A stretch of DNA of 64,000 bases from an uncultured Pseudomonadales bacterium. Its GTDB lineage: Bacteria; Patescibacteriota; Microgenomatia; UBA1400; UBA1449. Shown here piece after piece: positions 29,501-38,215 of the stretch. Location: NCBI GenBank assembly GCA_964386355.1, contig CAYLQQ010000001.1, positions 12,256 to 76,255 of the forward strand, given 5' to 3'. Position 1 is the stretch's first letter; the number at the start of each line of letters is the position of its first letter. The translations under genes and the position numbers were made by a program. The notes beneath the pieces are model-generated. The model saw only the letters and a program-made list of their open reading frames with translations, was not told where the DNA came from and made no database searches.

Positions 29501-30052
29501 TTATACTTTCATTATCTCTTCTTCTTTTTCCTTAATGGCGTTGTCAATGGTTTCGATAGCGTTATCAGTGATCTTCTGTAATTCCTCAAGATCACGTTTG
29601 ATCATATCTTCGGATATACCAGCACCCTTCTCGTCTTCAATTAATTTTTTGTAGTGTGATCGTTCAGCTCTCACCATCGCCCTATGTGATTCAGCTTTTT
29701 GATTTATCAGTTTAACCAAATCCCTTCTAGTTTCCTCAGTTAAAGCAGGAATATTGATCCTGATTATTTCTCCGCTAACATTTGGATTTAACTTCAGATC
29801 AGACTCAGCAATACCCCGAACCAGATCTTTCATGATCGACTTATCCCAGGGTGTAATTACGATTGTTGCAGCATCAGGAGCAGAAATACTAGCAAGTTCC
29901 CTGACTTCCATCCAGCTCTGGTAGACATTCACTTTTAGGTTCTCAACTAAACTCGGTTTTGCCCGTCCGGTCTTTACTGTAGCTAAATCTTGACTAAAAA
30001 GTGTGGTAATTTTACCTGTTTTTTCTTCAAATTCTTGTAAGAATTGATTCAT
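29501..30052 (-). CDS. frr: Ribosome recycling factor
   Basis: VKTGRAKP, ITPWDKS, IPALTEETRRDLVK, KEKEEEIMKV. Probable start is 30052. Confidence 0.95.
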   Translation of the reverse strand: MNQFLQEFEEKTGKITTLFSQDLATVKTGRAKPSLVENLKVNVYQSWMEVRELASISAPDAATIVITPWDKSIMKDLVRGIAESDLKLNPNVSGEIIRINIPALTEETRRDLVKLINQKAESHRAMVRAERSHYKKLIEDEKGAGISEDMIKRDLEELQKITDNAIETIDNAIKEKEEEIMKV

Positions 30053-30211
30053 ATGTATAATTGAATGCAATGTGCATTCAAAACCTCTGATATTTGCTTA
30101 TTATAATAGCAAGAAAACTGTAATCAGCCAAACCCAATCTCAGAATAACGCTTGCTTGCAGATGCGAAAATACTTTATACTGTATATAGTATAAAAATAC
30201 AAAATCTGCCT

Positions 30212-31126
30212 ATGTCACAAGATACTGCATTCACATTCAATAACAACCAAGGTGCTACTGTACAAGACATCACAATCCCCCCAGTCACCACACCTGTACC
30301 AAATACACCACTGCCTTCAGCTCCAGTAGGTTCAAACCAGCCAGTAATATCTTCTGTTATGGCTCCTCCTCCACCTCCTCAGACAATAATGACAGGAACT
30401 AATCAGGGTTTACCGAGCATATCAACTTTTGATTCATTTGACCCAAGTTCTAAAATACCCGTAGATGTACCTGCAACTGTCGTGAGTGAACCACAAAACA
30501 CTGTCGAACCTGAAACAACTGTATTACCAAGCTCAAACCAGAGTATGACTAGCCCTGTAAACATACCTATCCTAAATGCGGTTCCCACAGTACCTACTAC
30601 ACCTACACAACCTACATCGGATACAAACACAACCGCTACAGCTACTCCTGATTTTAGAGCACTAGCTGAAGAAATTGTCTCACACACTCCTGAACCACCA
30701 AACATACAAACGCAGGATAGTTCTATTCCACCGGAAATAAATGCTCTCCCTCAAACTCCACTCGCAAGCCCAGCAACTACACCGGTAGTAGATCCTCCTA
30801 CCCAAACCCCACCTCCACTTCCATCTACTGCCCCCGAACCGCAACTTGAAGCAGATCCATTTATACAAGAAGTTCATGAACAGGATGTAAAAGTTGAGCG
30901 TGATGCCCTAGAAACACTGATTAGCAGTAGCCGTATTGATCCGGAACTTAAAGAACACCTTAAAATAGAATTGTTGAAATTTAAAGAGATTGAGAACGAT
31001 ACGATCCCTCTTGGCCAGGATATAAATACAATTGCCGCTGAAGTCATGGCACCTGAAGCATCAGTAGAATCGCAAACACCCAATACTAATCCCATACAAA
31101 CGCTTCCACCCGAAATACCGATGTAA
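30212..31126 (+). CDS. Pro/Thr-rich low-complexity hypothetical protein
   Basis: About 300 aa, P/T/S-rich and likely disordered. Probable start is ATG 30212. Confidence 0.65.
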   Translation: MSQDTAFTFNNNQGATVQDITIPPVTTPVPNTPLPSAPVGSNQPVISSVMAPPPPPQTIMTGTNQGLPSISTFDSFDPSSKIPVDVPATVVSEPQNTVEPETTVLPSSNQSMTSPVNIPILNAVPTVPTTPTQPTSDTNTTATATPDFRALAEEIVSHTPEPPNIQTQDSSIPPEINALPQTPLASPATTPVVDPPTQTPPPLPSTAPEPQLEADPFIQEVHEQDVKVERDALETLISSSRIDPELKEHLKIELLKFKEIENDTIPLGQDINTIAAEVMAPEASVESQTPNTNPIQTLPPEIPM

Positions 31127-31135
31127 TTTTACCTT

Positions 31136-31680
31136 ATGGTGCATAGATATATATCATTGCCATGGAGCATCAGGCCAAAAATTAGAATAGTTTCCTATTA
31201 TTTAATTATTTTTCTAATATTTCTCATTGTTGGCATCATGATGCAGACAATGGCTCCCCCAAAGGTTTGGCTTGGCTCTCTCCCTTTACCCTTAGGCTTA
31301 GCTATTCAACATATAGAAGGAGTTTTTGTGATTCTCTTTGCAGTCTTGGGACTAGGTATTATGCTGTTTGTGAGCACAAAGCCAATCGTACAAATCCATT
31401 CTGATAAAATCTATATCTGCCGGCGCGTAAGCTCGAAATTCCATTTTCGGATTTAAAAGAAGTGCAAATTGCAGAAGATACATCGTTTAACATACATTGG
31501 CTCATGCTATATATGCACGATCCAAAAAAATATGCAGCCTAAGAAAAATTATCAAAAAACAACGATCTTAATGATGGTGCCGATCTGATTCTGGATTTTT
31601 CTCTGACTTCAAGACAGAACTGGCTGGCAGCATACGACTTGATTACAGAGTATATCAAAATAAAAAGGGCACATCAGTGA
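31136..31680 (+). pseudogene. Frameshifted membrane protein with a PH-like C-terminal domain
   Basis: Two TM segments. At ATCTATATCTG (~31409-31419) a shifted frame continues YLPARKLEIPFSDLKEVQI...HDPKKYAA*EKLS...KRAHQ*, giving one frameshift and one internal TAA. Confidence 0.55.
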
Positions 31681-31692
31681 TGTGCCCTAAAA
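31662..31692 (-). terminator. Intrinsic terminator of the rpsB-tsf operon
   Basis: AGGGCACATC-ACT-GATGTGCCCT followed by TTTT on the minus strand. Confidence 0.85.
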
Positions 31693-31709
31693 CTTCCAAT
31701 TCACAATTT

Positions 31710-32168
31710 CTATTCCCCTATCGCCATCCGGTGCATTTCCAGCACTACGATATTCTCACCCATCTTGGCTATAGCGGCTTTAACTAAATCCCCGATAGTC
31801 TGTTTGGGATCACGGATGTAAGCCTGTTCAAGAAGTTCTTCAATAGTCTGAGCATTCATGGAAGCTGTCTGCATAGCAATCTCTTTACACAAAGCCTGGT
31901 ATTCTTCAGTGTTAGCAACAAAATCAGTTTCACAACCGATTTTAACCAGAGCTCCCAATCTTCCATTATTATGAATGTAGGCATAAACTAAACCATCACC
32001 GGTTTGCCTATCAGCTTTTTTGGCTGCTTTTGCCAAACCCTGTTCTACCAGCCAAGCCTTAGCTTTTTCCATATCGCCTTTCGCTTCTTCCAAAGCTTTT
32101 TTTACTTCCATAACCCCGGCTTTGGTTTCTGCCCTGAGTTTTTTGATTTGATCCATTGAAATTGACAT
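31710..32168 (-). CDS. tsf: Elongation factor Ts (short form)
   Basis: IKKLRAETKAGVMEVKKAL, CETDFVA, GENIVV. Confidence 0.95.
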   Translation of the reverse strand: MSISMDQIKKLRAETKAGVMEVKKALEEAKGDMEKAKAWLVEQGLAKAAKKADRQTGDGLVYAYIHNNGRLGALVKIGCETDFVANTEEYQALCKEIAMQTASMNAQTIEELLEQAYIRDPKQTIGDLVKAAIAKMGENIVVLEMHRMAIGE

Positions 32169-32250
32169 AAAATAAAATGTTATTTGTCAGATGGTTAATT
32201 TTAAAAAACATATCCCCTTTTAACCATCTATCCAGCTAAACATCTAGCAA

Positions 32251-32970
32251 TTAATTATTAGTTTTCTCAGCTATCCCTTTTGCCTCAACGATATAGTCAG
32301 TAAATAGTTTGGTTAATAAACTTACTGAACGAACTGCATCGTCGTTGCCCGGAATAGGAAAATCAACCAGATTTGGATTGGCGTTCGAGTCTATGAGAGC
32401 AAATACCGGGATCTTTTTGGCACGTGCTTCACGCAATGCAGTTTTTTCTCTGGTAATATCTACGATAAACAATGCATCGGGTGGAGTTTTTAGATCCGCC
32501 ACACCGCCAAAAAATCTCTTGAGCCGCGACATTTCTTTCTCAAGGAGTACCCGTTCCTTTTTAGTGTAGTGTTTGAAAGATCCTGTCTCTAAACCTTTTT
32601 CAATCTCATGTATCCGTTTGATTGATTTTGAGATCTGATCCCAATTGCTAATCGTTCCACCTGGCCAACGGGTAACCATGTACGGCATTCCAGCTCGTAT
32701 GGCCTCATCCCGCACAAGAGCTGAAGCTTGACGCTTGGAAGCTACGAAGAGAATATTTTTCCCTGATAAAACCAGCTGTTTGGCAGCCTCACCTGCTTTA
32801 GCCAACGCTTCAGCTGTTTTGAGAAGATCAAAAATATGGATCCCATCTCGCGATTGCCAGATATAGGGAGCTACGTGTGGGTCCCAACGTTTTGACTGGT
32901 GGCCAAAGTGGACACCCGCTTCAAGCATTGTTTGTAATAACTGGGGAGAAATTGCAGAAACATCTGCCAT
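32251..32970 (-). CDS. rpsB: 30S ribosomal protein S2
   Basis: MLEAGVHFGHQSKRW, RWPGGTISN, IPGNDDAVRS. A GGAGG SD precedes ATG 32970. Confidence 0.97.
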   Translation of the reverse strand: MADVSAISPQLLQTMLEAGVHFGHQSKRWDPHVAPYIWQSRDGIHIFDLLKTAEALAKAGEAAKQLVLSGKNILFVASKRQASALVRDEAIRAGMPYMVTRWPGGTISNWDQISKSIKRIHEIEKGLETGSFKHYTKKERVLLEKEMSRLKRFFGGVADLKTPPDALFIVDITREKTALREARAKKIPVFALIDSNANPNLVDFPIPGNDDAVRSVSLLTKLFTDYIVEAKGIAEKTNN

Positions 32971-33035
32971 AAAAACCTCCTTTTTCTTCCGATAAATCGG
33001 AACCTCCACATCTTAGGATTGTGTCATACTAATCT
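32971..33035 (-). promoter_or_regulatory. rpsB leader (S2 autoregulation-like structured 5' UTR)
   Basis: After a TATACT -10: hairpin CACAAUC-CUAA-GAUGUG, then GAGG, then hairpin UUCCGA-UUUA-UCGGAA, then the SD. Resembles the two-hairpin rpsB leader. Confidence 0.5.
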
Positions 33036-33220
33036 CGATTTAGTATAACGTATCCAGGACGGTATAGATGTGTGTGAGTTAAATAATGTATTATAGTTCT
33101 GTAATACAGAACAAAACGTTATTTTATCAAAATATTTTCAGGTGCGCAAAACTAAATTCAAACATCAATCTTATGGATGTCAGTTCTGCATTTCGTTTAC
33201 ATATCAAGTATAATAGTCGC

Positions 33221-35923
33221 ATGCCCGTATCTACTGCTCAAGAAACGCCACCTTTATCTTTTTTTGAGGTCCGCGTTCCCAAAACTTCAGAAACGTCGCC
33301 TGAGGCAATGGCAGCCTGTTTTCAGGGTTTGCCCCTTCCAAAATCATCACTTCTAGGCTTTTTGTTTAAAACGCATTACAGTTTATCCTTTGAGATCGTA
33401 GCTTGGAACCAGCGGATTTATTTTTTAGTAGCAGCTCCAACTCCGCTTGCTAGCTATTTTTCTAGCCAACTCATCGCACAGTATCCACAGGCCTTAGTCT
33501 CTCCAGTATCTGACTATTTTCCTCATTTATTCCCACCAAACTTGCCCCAAAAAGAACAGCTACTGTTTGTAACCTTGGGTAAGATGACCATGGCCTCACC
33601 ATACTATTTACCTTTCAAAACATACAAAGATTTTACAGATATTGATCCCTTATCCACAATCTTAGGTGCTCTGGCAAAAACTAATCCGGAGGACAAGATT
33701 ATTCTCCAGCATATTGTCACCAAAGCCCCAAGTAACTGGCAGCAGGAAGGCTACCATGTTGCCCAAAAAACGTATCCTACCTCTGATCCAAATAAAGTAA
33801 TTCCCAACCCCCAGAAATCACTGATCGAGCAAAAGATTGCCCAAACTGGTCTAACTGTTTCGATCCGCATCCTAGTTGTGGGTAAAGATCCATTCAAACG
33901 GGAAGCGCTGTTACAACAAATTGCCGGATCATATAGCGCTCTAGCTCACGGAGAGGCTAACAGGTTTGTACTCAAAAAACCGCTCCCTCTCACCAAAGAG
34001 AGATTTTTAGATCAGATAAGAAACCGTAGTCTTGACTATGGCAGCAGAATGCATGTCCTCACCGCTACTGAACTGGCAACCATATTTCACCTGCCTAACC
34101 AGAACCTGGTCAATATCCGTAATATAGCTTGGGGCGGAACTTTAAAAGGAGAACCTCCTGAAAATTTACCCATCGCAACAAATATGGCTGAAGAGGAAAA
34201 AACAGACGTAAACTTTTTTGCCAAAACGGAATTTAAAAACCAGGAAACGGTATTTGGAATCAAACGAAATGACCGACGCAAACACATGTACATTATTGGA
34301 AAGACAGGTACAGGTAAATCGACACTTATTGCCAACATGGCTATAAACGACATGCGCAATAACGAGGGCGTCTGTGTCATCGACCCTCACGGTGATTTGT
34401 GTGATATTATGCTTGATTACATTCCAAAGCATCGGATTAATGATGTTATCTACCTTGACCCAAACAATGCTGACTCTCCGTTCCGTATCAATCCTCTAGA
34501 AGTAACTAACCCTGAACAGGGTGAACTTGTAGCATCAGGAATCGTAGCTATTTTTCATAAGCTCTTTGCATATTCGTGGGGGCCCAGACTTGAATACATA
34601 CTGCGCAATACCATTCTCTCGCTTACCCATCACCCGAATGCAACGCTCTTAGATGTTCCCAGAATTCTTACCAACCAAAGTTTTCGGGCGAAAGTTGTAG
34701 ATCGCATTCCCGACGAGATGTTAAAGAGGTTTTGGATTGAAGAGTTTAATCAGCTTGACCAGCGAGCTAGAAACGAAGCTATTTCTCCTATTCTAAATAA
34801 GGTAGGCCAGTTTACGACGTTCCCAAAGATTAGGGCAATTCTTGAAAGACCTAAGTCAAGCGTTTCCATAGAAGACGCAATGAATACCGGAAAGATTATG
34901 ATCTTAAACCTTTCTCAGGGAAAAATTGGTGAGGACAACGCTGCACTTTTGGGTGCTATGATGATTACCCGCATCCAACTGGCTGCCATGAGCCGTGTCA
35001 ATATCCCCGAAGATCAGCGGCGAGATTTTTACCTCTACGTTGATGAGTTTCAAAATTTTGCCACTTCATCATTTGTCAAAATTCTTTCTGAAGCGCGAAA
35101 GTACCGGCTTAATCTGGTCGTTGCCAACCAGTACAGGGCTCAGGTACCAGAAGAAGTTCAACAGGCTATTTTTGGCAACGTCGGAACGCTGGCTTCATTT
35201 CTGGTCGGTGCAGATGACGCAGCAGTTCTCAAAAAAGAGTATGGCGGAACGTATGAAGAATCTGACCTTGTGAACCTTAACAACTTTGAGATCGTGCTCA
35301 AACTTTCTATTGAAAATAAAACTTCGTTACCTTTCCCCGCCAAAACCCTACCACTACCCTACTCCAAAAACCAAAACCGGGAGAAAGTAATCAGGCTCTC
35401 GACAGAGCGATATGGAAAACCAAATAAAATACTGCAAGACACTGACTATCAAACACCATTAGTTACGACAGATAAACCAGATAGTATTATTAGTCAGAAT
35501 AAACGGTTTGTAGTCGAAGAGGTGGGTCAGAAAACTGCAAGTACACCACCCCAACTTGATACCCACTTTCAGAAATTGGCAGTTCCTTTTGATGTTTCTT
35601 CACAAAGCCAAGAGAAAACTCATAACCAAAACAATAAATCAGTATCTCCCCAACGAAAGGCTGCTGAAGAGGCTTTAGCAAAGCTGGGCCTAGCAACTGT
35701 TATGCCAACAACAACAACTCCTAAAACCTATACGCCCCAAAAACATCACCAGGAAAAACAAACACAAAGTCAGCTTCAAGACGCACGCACCAATAAACAA
35801 CAGAAACACCCTAAAACTCACCAGGCAAAACCAAAAGCGATATTTGAATCTGCAAAAAAGTCATCCAAACCAATCTCTCATATAAAACGGCCGAGGTTTG
35901 TGGTGGAAGAGGTCAAAGAGTAA
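33221..35923 (+). CDS. VirB4/TraG-TraD-like (HerA/FtsK superfamily) ATPase with a low-complexity C-terminal tail
   Basis: RRKHMYIIGKTGTGKST, VIDPHGD, LYVDEFQNF, SEARKY. Probable leaderless start at 33221 (TATAAT-6 nt-ATG). Confidence 0.85.
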   Translation: MPVSTAQETPPLSFFEVRVPKTSETSPEAMAACFQGLPLPKSSLLGFLFKTHYSLSFEIVAWNQRIYFLVAAPTPLASYFSSQLIAQYPQALVSPVSDYFPHLFPPNLPQKEQLLFVTLGKMTMASPYYLPFKTYKDFTDIDPLSTILGALAKTNPEDKIILQHIVTKAPSNWQQEGYHVAQKTYPTSDPNKVIPNPQKSLIEQKIAQTGLTVSIRILVVGKDPFKREALLQQIAGSYSALAHGEANRFVLKKPLPLTKERFLDQIRNRSLDYGSRMHVLTATELATIFHLPNQNLVNIRNIAWGGTLKGEPPENLPIATNMAEEEKTDVNFFAKTEFKNQETVFGIKRNDRRKHMYIIGKTGTGKSTLIANMAINDMRNNEGVCVIDPHGDLCDIMLDYIPKHRINDVIYLDPNNADSPFRINPLEVTNPEQGELVASGIVAIFHKLFAYSWGPRLEYILRNTILSLTHHPNATLLDVPRILTNQSFRAKVVDRIPDEMLKRFWIEEFNQLDQRARNEAISPILNKVGQFTTFPKIRAILERPKSSVSIEDAMNTGKIMILNLSQGKIGEDNAALLGAMMITRIQLAAMSRVNIPEDQRRDFYLYVDEFQNFATSSFVKILSEARKYRLNLVVANQYRAQVPEEVQQAIFGNVGTLASFLVGADDAAVLKKEYGGTYEESDLVNLNNFEIVLKLSIENKTSLPFPAKTLPLPYSKNQNREKVIRLSTERYGKPNKILQDTDYQTPLVTTDKPDSIISQNKRFVVEEVGQKTASTPPQLDTHFQKLAVPFDVSSQSQEKTHNQNNKSVSPQRKAAEEALAKLGLATVMPTTTTPKTYTPQKHHQEKQTQSQLQDARTNKQQKHPKTHQAKPKAIFESAKKSSKPISHIKRPRFVVEEVKE

Positions 35924-35924
35924 C

Positions 35925-36755
35925 CTATTTAAGTAGATTGTTGATCTGTTGGTTATAATTGATAACAACCTTACGAGATTCCTCAGCAAAGTTATCTCTA
36001 TCAGAAGCAAAAATTACACTTCTAGAAGCATTGACTATAAAATTACGTCCGCGCAATGCGCGCAAGTCATTAATATCACCCCCCTGAGCTCCTAAACCAG
36101 CTATAAGAAAAAACTGATCAGTTGGTGATAGGTCAATGACCCGTTTAAGTACTTTAGGATACGTTAATGGGCATTCGATTAGAATATTTCCTGTTTTGTT
36201 CCAGAAATTGCATACAAGCTTTGTAACGTGTTCATATAGAAAATCACCATTTTTCAAAACCACATCCTGAACTTCACCTGCAGAAGGATTAGAATCGTGG
36301 CATAGTACAAACGCAGCTTTACCCTCGCAATGTAAAAATGGTTCTAATGTATCAAACCCAAACCAAGGGGTAATGGTAAATGCGTCAAAAAGTAGTTCGT
36401 CAAAAAGCTCTCTAGCTACCAATTCAGCACTTCGTTTCATTTCACTTCTCTTGCAATCAGCGATGATTCTAATTTCAGGATAGTTCTTTTTGATATATTC
36501 ATTTGTCTTTTTGAGGGTTTTAATTCCTTCTATTCCGTAACCTGCATAAAACGAGTTATTCATTTTATATAATGAGGCAATATCTGCAGTGCTATCAATG
36601 ATAGCTTTATTGAATATAAACAGTGCTTTTCCAAGAGTATTGTTCTTTTTTACAATGTCCGGTAGTTTTTCATAATCAGAATCTAGCCCAACACAGATAT
36701 GGGATTTTTTAATACTTATTTGATCGGCTACATGTTTTACAAAAAGTGTATTCAT
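35925..36755 (-). CDS. pyrF: Orotidine 5'-phosphate decarboxylase-like protein (subfamily 2, divergent)
   Basis: ICVGLD, LYK, IADCKRSE (cf. DxKxxD), SNP, GLGAQGG, VNASRSVIFA. Confidence 0.8.
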   Translation of the reverse strand: MNTLFVKHVADQISIKKSHICVGLDSDYEKLPDIVKKNNTLGKALFIFNKAIIDSTADIASLYKMNNSFYAGYGIEGIKTLKKTNEYIKKNYPEIRIIADCKRSEMKRSAELVARELFDELLFDAFTITPWFGFDTLEPFLHCEGKAAFVLCHDSNPSAGEVQDVVLKNGDFLYEHVTKLVCNFWNKTGNILIECPLTYPKVLKRVIDLSPTDQFFLIAGLGAQGGDINDLRALRGRNFIVNASRSVIFASDRDNFAEESRKVVINYNQQINNLLK

Positions 36756-36771
36756 ATTTAGACATTAATAC

Positions 36772-38013
36772 TTAATAATCTAAGTATCTTCCAGAGTCTT
36801 TTTTAGCTTGAATATCGGGCACTGCTTGAGGTGCTAATTTATCCAAATCAGCTTGAATTGGATACGTCCCAACTATTTCTACTCCATTTGCTTCAAAAGC
36901 TGCAAATTTTGTTCTATTATTAGATGCGACTCTCGCAGCTTTTAATCCAGTAATTTGCCTCACAACAGATACTAATTCGTAGGTACGTAAATCTCCTGGT
37001 AATCCCAACTCAGACTCGCGTGCCGTTAAGAGGTCTGTTACTCCACGACCAGTGTATTGTGTCTGGGCAAATTTAAGTGCTAAACCAAGATCCATTCCTT
37101 CTTCATCACCATATATTATCATGCCTGAACCATGTTCTTGAATATACCCCAATGTCTGCTGTAATTGGAAATGGCAATCACATCCATTACCACCTAGTTC
37201 AGCTGTAATACAAGCAGAGTGATATCTAACAACTGGAATAGTGTTGGCAATATCTCCCACACTAAATACGTAATGTCGCTTAGGTCTCTTGTTATAGTCT
37301 CGAATTTCCGATTTTACAGGCTCTTCAATTACTCTTAATCTCGCCGGATTACCACCACGAAACGTTACCGGTATATCGGCAGTGAGAATAAAGGGGCTAC
37401 CCTTCGAACCTCTATATATTTCCAACGCCCTTGGTGAAGCCAGTAATTTATTTCTTGTTGAGCAAGGTCCTGCAAGAAATGGAGAATTATATCTAATATC
37501 AGAAACACCCATGCCCCTTAAAATATCGCGCATCGTTTGAGGACTATCCACTGGGGGTGTAAATGTATCCAGAGAAACATACATTGCTGCAGTAGGGTCA
37601 GTATTGTATAGGCTTTGGATAGCAGTTTCTTTTCTATCTCCACAGCCACAATCTACATCGAAATATCCACCTGGACATAGAGTATCCATTTCAACTAATG
37701 CTTCATTTCGCAACTCAGCTTGAGAACCATGGCTGTAAACAATATGCCGCAATGCACCATAATCAGGGCTATAACTGCCCAATAAATGCATAGCTTCCAA
37801 TTCTCCAGGTTGTGAAGCAACCATTTGCTCACCTCTTGCTAAATAAACCACTGAAGAAGATACCTTCCCAATCAATTCATAGCCTGGAAGTCGAGCAAGA
37901 CCGCTCCGCTGAGCTAACAGTGCTCGTTCGTTAACAACTGCAGCATCTAACAGTCCATTCGGAAATGTTGGCCATTCATACCTACTACCAATATTACCTA
38001 ATCTTTCTGCCAT
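36772..38013 (-). CDS. GTP cyclohydrolase II-like protein with a degenerate N-terminal second copy
   Basis: C-terminal VRYHSAC...CDCHFQL, EEG.DLGL..K, DLRTY, SNNRTK. N-terminal VEMDTLCPGGYFDVDCGC repeats the Cys cluster. Confidence 0.75.
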   Translation of the reverse strand: MAERLGNIGSRYEWPTFPNGLLDAAVVNERALLAQRSGLARLPGYELIGKVSSSVVYLARGEQMVASQPGELEAMHLLGSYSPDYGALRHIVYSHGSQAELRNEALVEMDTLCPGGYFDVDCGCGDRKETAIQSLYNTDPTAAMYVSLDTFTPPVDSPQTMRDILRGMGVSDIRYNSPFLAGPCSTRNKLLASPRALEIYRGSKGSPFILTADIPVTFRGGNPARLRVIEEPVKSEIRDYNKRPKRHYVFSVGDIANTIPVVRYHSACITAELGGNGCDCHFQLQQTLGYIQEHGSGMIIYGDEEGMDLGLALKFAQTQYTGRGVTDLLTARESELGLPGDLRTYELVSVVRQITGLKAARVASNNRTKFAAFEANGVEIVGTYPIQADLDKLAPQAVPDIQAKKDSGRYLDY

Positions 38014-38019
38014 ACTTAC

Positions 38020-38044
38020 AAAAAACCAACCTTTCGGTTGGTTT
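38020..38044 (-). terminator. Terminator-like hairpin immediately upstream of the GTP cyclohydrolase II-like ATG
   Basis: AAACCAACC-GAAA-GGTTGGTTT TTT GTAAGT ATG. Confidence 0.75.
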
Positions 38045-38138
38045 AATTTACATTGTTAATATATGCTTTCCCTATACATTGTATACGTGTATGTTGTGAA
38101 CGACTTATCTGATCGGAGATTGGGACAGTTTTTATCAT
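38043..38138 (-). CDS. Putative leader peptide, 31 aa (MIKTVPISDQISRSQHTRIQCIGKAYINNVN)
   Basis: Starts directly after hairpin CCAGT-GTGCATATGCA-ACTGG + U7 (38139-38166). Its stop overlaps the 5' arm of the next hairpin. Confidence 0.4.
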   Translation of the reverse strand: MIKTVPISDQISRSQHTRIQCIGKAYINNVN

Positions 38139-38172
38139 AAAAAAACCAGTTGCATATGCACACTGGGATTGT

Positions 38173-38202
38173 AGTATAGCAAATGTATATTGGATGTGTC
38201 AA
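38173..38202 (-). promoter_or_regulatory. Sigma70 promoter
   Basis: TTGACA-18 nt-TATACT with an extended -10 TG. Confidence 0.7.
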
Positions 38203-38215
38203 ACAGAGGAGATGT

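Noticed and set aside
33221-35923. Conjugative or mobile element around the VirB4/TraG-like ATPase
   Set aside because: No relaxase, integrase, other T4SS genes or att sites are nearby. Such ATPases are common chromosomal genes in CPR.
36772-38013. Riboflavin operon or FMN riboswitch
   Set aside because: No ribB/D/E/H genes in the window and no RFN consensus in the leader.
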